From contig DVOM01000024.1 of assembly GCA_018713605.1 (NCBI GenBank), forward strand, positions 7,509 through 71,508: a stretch of DNA of 64,000 nucleotides, read 5' to 3'. The notes beneath the pieces are model-generated. The model did not search any database. It saw only the letters and a list, made by a program, of their open reading frames with translations, and was not told where the DNA came from. Positions 57,795 through 64,000 of this stretch are shown one piece after another. Position 1 is the stretch's first letter. Every line of letters starts with the position of its first letter. The position numbers and the translations under genes are program-made. The DNA comes from Candidatus Scatocola faecigallinarum (lineage in GTDB: Bacteria > Pseudomonadota > Alphaproteobacteria > RF32 > CAG-239).

Positions 57795-59747
57795 ATGGCT
57801 GAAGATTTACAGAATCCCGATAATGTGCAGGCAGCTGCCGGCAATCCGGCGGCGGACGGTGAGGAATATGAATACGAGTATATTGAACTTGCCGAAGGAG
57901 AAGAGCTGCCAGAAGATGCGGAATATGAGTATGTTGAGGTTTCGGACGACGAGATGCCGTCGATGATACCGCCGACAGCCGTCGTATCGACGTCTGACGT
58001 TTCCGAACCGGAAGTATCGACGCCGGAACCGATTATACCTTCCGCAGAGGAAACTGTTACCGTGCCGGTCTCTTCCGCGCCTGTTCAGCCAGTTGACGCG
58101 GTTGTGCCGCAGGCTGCCGTTTCACAACCGGCAGCGGTTCCGCCGGTGGAGGAGGCAGATTTAAACGCTTTGCTTGACAATGACGGAGAGATTGAAGAGG
58201 TTGACGCATCGACGTTGCTGGACGGCGATTACAGTGACGATTTTGCCCGGAACCTGTTTGCAGACAAGCCGTCGGAAAAAATTGAGGAAGTTTCGATTGA
58301 TGACATACTCGGAGAAGACGCCGCGGCAGTACCGGCCGGAATCGGCGATGTCCGTGAGGTTTCGGCTGATGAACTGATTGCGGGTATTAGAAATAAAGAA
58401 GATGACGACGGTTCTCTGCGCCGTAATATCTGGAGTGATTTGACCGATGATGTTCCTGCCGCCGCAGAACCCGAACCGGTTGTTGAACCTGAGCCGGTTG
58501 TTGTACCTGAGCCGGTTGTTGAACCTGAACCGGTCGTTGCACCCGAGCCGGTTGTTGAACCCGAACCGGTTGTTGAACCTGAACCGGTTGTTGAACCTGA
58601 ACCGGTTGTTGCACTTGAGCCGGTTGTTGAATCCGAACCGGTTGTTGCACCCGAATCGGTCGTTGAACCCGAGCCGGTTGTTCCGGTTTTTGAGGAAGCT
58701 GAACCGGATGTTTATGCGCCGGTTACGAAAATTATTTCCGAACCGGAAGTTGTTGAACCGGCAGTTGAAGAAAATACGGAACAGGAGCAGGTACGGCCGG
58801 ACGAAAGCGTTTCCGGAACGGAAATTTGTTCCGAAACCGTTATGGGACGTATTGTTCAGGTTGCTTACCAGTCGGTTTTGCTGACAGATGACCTTCGAAC
58901 CGAGATGCTGGCTAAGGACCGGGTTGCCGATGAGAATTCCGGTCTGCAATTTTTTGAGATGCGGGGCGGCGGCCTGTTGCTGAATGTCAGCGAGGTTTCG
59001 GCTCTGGAAAACTGGCATTTGATTATCTTCAATCAGAATCTGGTTCCGGCAGAGGCCGGCGGCGTGATTGAAATCGTTCAGCCGCAGGATACCATTCGGG
59101 CGGCGACCGTTGTTAAACAAGGTACGGAAAAGCTTGAGATTTATAACGAAGAGGAATATCGCTTTGCTGATCCCGCCGATGGTTTTGTCCCGGCGCGGAA
59201 GCATTTTATTTATGGGCGGACTGGCGATGATACAGGACTGATTGTCAATGATTTTGTGAATATCGGTCTGCGGGAAAATTCCGGGAAAGTTATAACTTTT
59301 GAAAATCCGGTTTTTGGCTGGTTGAGCGGTCCGAACGGTGCGCAGATATATTTTGCCCAGCTTGGCAGACTGGCGGTTTCGTCGCCGGAGCAGGCGGCCG
59401 GCGATGACGAAAAGGCCGGACAGCATGCGGCCAAATGGTATAGCGGAAATCTTGAAGACAGGTATTTTGAGTTTTCCGGTGCGTCGCAGTCCGGCGAATT
59501 TACCGGTTCTGACGAGGTTAAAAACATTCATGTCAATGTCGGCACTTCAGCGTATGGCTGGAATGTATCTTTTGACAATGGTTTGGTGATGAGTATGCGC
59601 GATTTGCAGGAATTTGAGAGCAAACACGGCAAAATGCCTTCGCCAAACGGCGAAATCAGCCACGGCGCTTTGAAACTAAAGTTCAGCAACGTAGAAAGAA
59701 TCGTAGCCTACCAGACGCCACAGTATTTTGCCTATGGGCGGCGTTAA
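57795..59747 (+). CDS. Hypothetical acidic protein with (P/S)EPVV(E/A/V) tandem repeats
   Basis: 650 aa. It has a very acidic N-terminus (EEYEYEYIELAEGEELPEDAEYEYVEV), 12 hexapeptide repeats, and a C-terminal domain of about 330 aa of unknown family. No signal peptide. Confidence 0.65.
   Translation: MAEDLQNPDNVQAAAGNPAADGEEYEYEYIELAEGEELPEDAEYEYVEVSDDEMPSMIPPTAVVSTSDVSEPEVSTPEPIIPSAEETVTVPVSSAPVQPVDAVVPQAAVSQPAAVPPVEEADLNALLDNDGEIEEVDASTLLDGDYSDDFARNLFADKPSEKIEEVSIDDILGEDAAAVPAGIGDVREVSADELIAGIRNKEDDDGSLRRNIWSDLTDDVPAAAEPEPVVEPEPVVVPEPVVEPEPVVAPEPVVEPEPVVEPEPVVEPEPVVALEPVVESEPVVAPESVVEPEPVVPVFEEAEPDVYAPVTKIISEPEVVEPAVEENTEQEQVRPDESVSGTEICSETVMGRIVQVAYQSVLLTDDLRTEMLAKDRVADENSGLQFFEMRGGGLLLNVSEVSALENWHLIIFNQNLVPAEAGGVIEIVQPQDTIRAATVVKQGTEKLEIYNEEEYRFADPADGFVPARKHFIYGRTGDDTGLIVNDFVNIGLRENSGKVITFENPVFGWLSGPNGAQIYFAQLGRLAVSSPEQAAGDDEKAGQHAAKWYSGNLEDRYFEFSGASQSGEFTGSDEVKNIHVNVGTSAYGWNVSFDNGLVMSMRDLQEFESKHGKMPSPNGEISHGALKLKFSNVERIVAYQTPQYFAYGRR
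58467..58686 (+). repeat. In-frame 18-bp tandem repeat, about 12 copies (GAACC[C/T]GA[A/G]CCGGTTGTT)
   Basis: Read directly from the sequence. It encodes EPEPVVEPEPVVVPEPVVEPEPVVAPEPVV... Confidence 0.9.
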
Positions 59748-59753
59748 GTTTCG

Positions 59754-60605
59754 TTATTTTTTAATCGGGAAAACCTGAACGTTGGCATTGACGTTCGGCG
59801 TACCGGCGGCATTTATCTGCGGTGCGGAAGCGTTGATATATTCCTGTCCGGCATTGCCCGACGAACTGCCGGCAGCCGCCGAAGTCAGTTCAGGGCTGAG
59901 CGGATAGGCGTCTTTGGGTAGGCGGATAAGCATGTAACCGGTGCCGCCCCCATAAGCGGGGCCGGAAAGGCCGACGGAATAAAAGCCGCCGATATAGCCA
60001 TAGTCAAGGTCTATGTAGTCAATGACGAACAGCGTTTTTATCATGGTCTGGCCGATGGATGTCATTCGGCACATATAGCCGCTGTCTTCAAGGACAATGT
60101 TGTTGACGTTCTTGACATAAAGCAGCGATTTGGCCGGTTTGCAATCCGGCGTCTGTCCGTTGTAAGTGACGTTATAATTCAGAATCAGGTTAAGCGAACG
60201 GTTGCCCTTGGCAATGGAAACGTCGGTAATTTTGACCGAATCAATGTACATGTAAGCAGGCGTAATCCCTACGGTAATCGGCAACGAAACGAAAGTTTCG
60301 GTACAGGCGTGCGTGCCTGCGTCGGCCTGGCAGACAAGAGCCTTTTTGCGGTTGTTGTTGTCAAGCAGGTGCAGCAGGCTGTTGTAGATGTATTCGCGGG
60401 ACATCGACAGTTTGGCCGGTGCGCATTGTTTGGTGCGGCAGACGACGACCGAAGAAGGCATGCGCAGGGGTGCCGGCTCACGGACGGAGGCGCTTTTGAA
60501 CGGGTTGTTCAGAACGTCCTGCACGCTGCGGTTCCAGAATTCGCAGCCGCCGAGGGCTGCCGTCATAACGGCCAGCGCAAAAACTCTATGAAAAATGTTC
60601 GACAC
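59754..60605 (-). CDS. Hypothetical lipoprotein
   Basis: 283 aa. Signal peptide with lipobox ALGGC. No family recognised. Confidence 0.6.
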   Translation of the reverse strand: MSNIFHRVFALAVMTAALGGCEFWNRSVQDVLNNPFKSASVREPAPLRMPSSVVVCRTKQCAPAKLSMSREYIYNSLLHLLDNNNRKKALVCQADAGTHACTETFVSLPITVGITPAYMYIDSVKITDVSIAKGNRSLNLILNYNVTYNGQTPDCKPAKSLLYVKNVNNIVLEDSGYMCRMTSIGQTMIKTLFVIDYIDLDYGYIGGFYSVGLSGPAYGGGTGYMLIRLPKDAYPLSPELTSAAAGSSSGNAGQEYINASAPQINAAGTPNVNANVQVFPIKK

Positions 60606-60714
60606 TTTGAGTTATCCTCTATATACCTGACTTTAAACTTTTAGCCTATCATAAGGCAAAGCATTGAGAATAACAAACCTTTTAATGCTGTTATCCAAAC
60701 TTTTTCACAATTTT

Positions 60715-61317
60715 CTAGCGGGTTTCGACGGTTTCGAGCGTCCCGGTTTCGATTGAAAAGTACCAGCCGTGCAGGCGGAGTTTTCCGGCGGCAAGTTTTT
60801 CTTTTACAAAAGGAAAGGTTTCGAGGTTGTGCAGCGATATGCCGATGGCGGCCTTTTCGCAGAAAGCGCAGCTTTCTTCATGATCAAGATGGCGGTGGGC
60901 GGCCTCGAATTTGGCGTCTTCGACGATATAGATCCAGTTGTCGATAAACGTATGGTCGTTCTCGCGGTCGTCAACCAGGGCTCTGATGCCGCCACAGTGC
61001 GAGTGGCCGAGAATGACGATATCTTCGACCTGCAAATGATTGACTGCATACTCAATGGCGGCGGAAGTGCCGTGACAGCTGCTTAGGTCATGTTCGTAGG
61101 GCGGAACGATGTTGGCAACATTGCGGATAACGAAAAGGTCGCCCGGTTCGGCGCCGAGAATTATCGAAGGGTCGACCCGGGAGTCACTGCAGGCGATGAC
61201 CAGAACCTTGGGCGACTGTCCTTCCTGATGAAGCCTGCGATAAAGTTCGGGGTTGTCGACAAAATATTTTTGGCGGAAAGAGCGGTGTCCGGCGAGCAGG
61301 CGGCTGATTTCGGTCAT
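60715..61317 (-). CDS. can: Beta-class carbonic anhydrase
   Basis: The motifs CSDSRV and GHSHCGG are the zinc ligands of beta-CA. Confidence 0.88.
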   Translation of the reverse strand: MTEISRLLAGHRSFRQKYFVDNPELYRRLHQEGQSPKVLVIACSDSRVDPSIILGAEPGDLFVIRNVANIVPPYEHDLSSCHGTSAAIEYAVNHLQVEDIVILGHSHCGGIRALVDDRENDHTFIDNWIYIVEDAKFEAAHRHLDHEESCAFCEKAAIGISLHNLETFPFVKEKLAAGKLRLHGWYFSIETGTLETVETR

Positions 61318-61401
61318 TTGTCAAATCTCCTGTTGATTAAATCCGCAGAAATTATATAGTTGAATCCGATATTGTAAAGACGAAACGGGAGAATGTGAAG
61401 A

Positions 61402-61863
61402 ATGAGATTTGCGGTTATGTTCTTTCTGGCCTTTTTCAGCGCGGTTCCGGCCTATGCGGACGGCGATGTCTATGTCGTGGACGGCGACAGCCTTAAACTC
61501 GGCGAGCAGAACGTGCGTCTGGCGCATATTGATGCGCCGGAATATTATCAGACCTGCAAACGGGCCGACAAGAGCACCTACAACTGCGGCATCAAGGCCC
61601 GTGAAAAGCTCGAAAGCCTGCTTAAGCTCGGCAAACTCAGCTGCAAAATGGTCGGCAGGGACATATATAACCGCGACATGAGCGAATGTTTTGCCGGCCG
61701 GACGAACATTAATCTGGAAATGGTGCGCAGCGGCTGGGCTGTGGTGTATAAAAGCGGGGACGCCGCCTATCTGGAGGCGCAGGCCGATGCAAAACGCGCC
61801 AAACTCGGAATATGGCAGGGCAAATATATGAAGCCCGAGCTGTATCGGATTTTGTTTAAATAG
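61402..61863 (+). CDS. Secreted thermonuclease (SNase-like)
   Basis: A signal peptide, then VVDGDSLKL...VRLAHIDAPE ... and a YxxAE-type C-terminus (AQADAKRAKLGIW). Confidence 0.8.
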   Translation: MRFAVMFFLAFFSAVPAYADGDVYVVDGDSLKLGEQNVRLAHIDAPEYYQTCKRADKSTYNCGIKAREKLESLLKLGKLSCKMVGRDIYNRDMSECFAGRTNINLEMVRSGWAVVYKSGDAAYLEAQADAKRAKLGIWQGKYMKPELYRILFK

Positions 61864-61904
61864 GGATTATGCGCATTAAAGTTAACTTTTTATATAGATT
61901 CTTA

Positions 61905-61932
61905 TTGACAGCAGGAAAAAGTTATGTATATT
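61905..61932 (+). promoter_or_regulatory. Sigma70-like promoter TTGACA-N16-TATATT upstream of rplU
   Basis: -35 at 61905-61910 and -10 at 61927-61932, about 50 nt upstream of the rplU ATG. Confidence 0.45.
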
Positions 61933-61981
61933 GCAAACAACGATTTATGTAACGAAATAATCAAAAATTAGGTGAATTGAA

Positions 61982-62284
61982 ATGTACGCAGTAATTAAAA
62001 CAGGCGGAAAACAGTACAAAGTTGCCTCCGGCGACGTTGTTAAGCTGGAGAAAATCGCCGGTGAAGAAGGTAAGGAAGTAATTTTCAACGAAGTTCTGGC
62101 TTTGGACGACACTGTCGGTACGCCGCTGGTTTCCGGCGCTTCGGTTAAGGCTACCGTCTTGAAACAGGCCCGTGACGCGAAAGTTATCGTCTTCAAGAAA
62201 AAAAGAAGACAGAATTATCGTCGCAAAAACGGTCACAGACAGAGTGTTACAATTGTTAAAATTACTGACATTATCGGTAAGTAA
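61982..62284 (+). CDS. rplU: 50S ribosomal protein L21
   Basis: [25 protein letters not shown]. Confidence 0.95.
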   Translation: MYAVIKTGGKQYKVASGDVVKLEKIAGEEGKEVIFNEVLALDDTVGTPLVSGASVKATVLKQARDAKVIVFKKKRRQNYRRKNGHRQSVTIVKITDIIGK

Positions 62285-62308
62285 TAAGAAGTTTAGGAGA
62301 AATTAGTC

Positions 62309-62563
62309 ATGGCACACAAGAAGTCAGGTGGTAGTTCGAATAACGGACGCGACTCAGAAGGCCGCCGCTTAGGTCTGAAGAAGTCCGGCGGACAGGCTGT
62401 TATTCCGGGTAACATCATCATCCGTCAGCGCGGCACCAAGTATCATCCGGGCGAGAATGTCGGCATGGGCAAAGACCATACCATTTTTGCCTTGGTTGAA
62501 GGCAAGGTCGTATTTACGAAAAAAGCCGACGACAAAACTTTTGTTTCGGTTGTTGCCGAATAG
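62309..62563 (+). CDS. rpmA: 50S ribosomal protein L27
   Basis: [48 protein letters not shown]. Confidence 0.96.
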   Translation: MAHKKSGGSSNNGRDSEGRRLGLKKSGGQAVIPGNIIIRQRGTKYHPGENVGMGKDHTIFALVEGKVVFTKKADDKTFVSVVAE

Positions 62564-62569
62564 GCCTAA

Positions 62570-63760
<1,191 letters not shown>

Positions 63761-63774
63761 CAGGAGTAAGAAGA

Positions 63775-64000
63775 TTGGCAAAAGCAGCTAAAAAAGTTGA
63801 GATGAACGCAGAAGACAAGGTTTTGGAAATTATTATCCAAACGCTAGACGAAAACAAGGCCGAAGACGTGGTGGTAATCGATTTGCGCGGCAAGACTTCT
63901 ATTGCCAACCAGATGGTGGTTGCCAGCGGCACGTCGCAGCGCCATGTGGCGTCGCTGGCCGAAAAGGTTCAGGAAAATCTTAAGGCAGCCGGATTTAAAT
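63775..64000 (+). CDS. rsfS: Ribosomal silencing factor RsfS (Iojap-like), 3' end truncated by the window edge
   Basis: My translation ...DKVLEIIIQTLDENKAEDVVVIDLRGKTSIANQMVVASGTSQRHVASLAEKV matches the RsfS pattern. The start is TTG 63775 (AGGAG SD) or ATG 63802. Confidence 0.8.
   Translation, partial: MAKAAKKVEMNAEDKVLEIIIQTLDENKAEDVVVIDLRGKTSIANQMVVASGTSQRHVASLAEKVQENLKAAGFK

Noticed and set aside
58467-58686. A possible CRISPR array, suggested by regular short repeats
   Set aside because: The 18-bp units are contiguous with no spacers. They are in frame within a long ORF and encode a PEPVVE peptide repeat. No cas genes are present in the window. The 25-nt repeat pair at 33372/33479 has only two copies and is likewise not an array.

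Overview
This is a 64-kb chromosomal segment with alphaproteobacterial gene content and order: split transhydrogenase pntAA/pntAB/pntB, atpI-B-E-F'-F, pal-cpoB-tilS-ftsH, and rplU-rpmA-obg-rsfS. I support about 70 CDS. Three of them are too short for the ORF track or partial: rpmJ, a YjfB-like motility peptide, and the 3' partial pntB. I saw no rRNA, tRNA, CRISPR array, transposase or integrase.

Most of the window is housekeeping: pyk, ettA, cspA, lepA, ruvX, tolB, a tightly packed cdd-punA-deoC-deoA-deoB-pgeF nucleoside operon, an AsmA-family giant, galU, the F0 ATP synthase genes, fliO-fliP, ppdK, glmM, uvrC, pgsA and an OmpR/EnvZ-like pair.

The features that stand out are:
1. A lower-GC insert of about 4.5 kb (34.5-39.2 kb). 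It encodes a 949-aa lipoprotein with an internal duplication and a 279-aa beta-barrel protein. Both genes have Shine-Dalgarno-less, A-rich leaders, and the insert is bracketed by direct copies of a host palindromic repeat. I interpret it as horizontally acquired, possibly from Bacteroidota.
2. An orphan four-gene block (42.4-45.4 kb) wedged between ppdK and pal. It contains a translationally coupled pair of paralogs and a protein with a Q-x6-C-G motif.
3. A promoter-to-terminator structured RNA candidate of about 175 nt (15.06-15.24 kb, minus strand) carrying CU-rich anti-SD-like motifs.
4. A conserved small hairpin motif sitting 1-6 nt after the stop codons of ettA, lepA (two copies) and ppdK.
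5. Mosaic clusters of short GTCAT-CCGG...CCGG-ATGAC palindromic units in at least four intergenic sites.
6. Unusual protein architectures: PgsA with a Lys/Ala/Pro-rich tail, PPDK with a Cys-rich tail, an acidic 650-aa protein with 12 PEPVVE repeats, and AsmA with a coiled-coil extension of about 400 aa.

All functional calls come from reading the translated ORFs and recognising families from memory. No database search was run. GC statements are hand counts on sampled lines.
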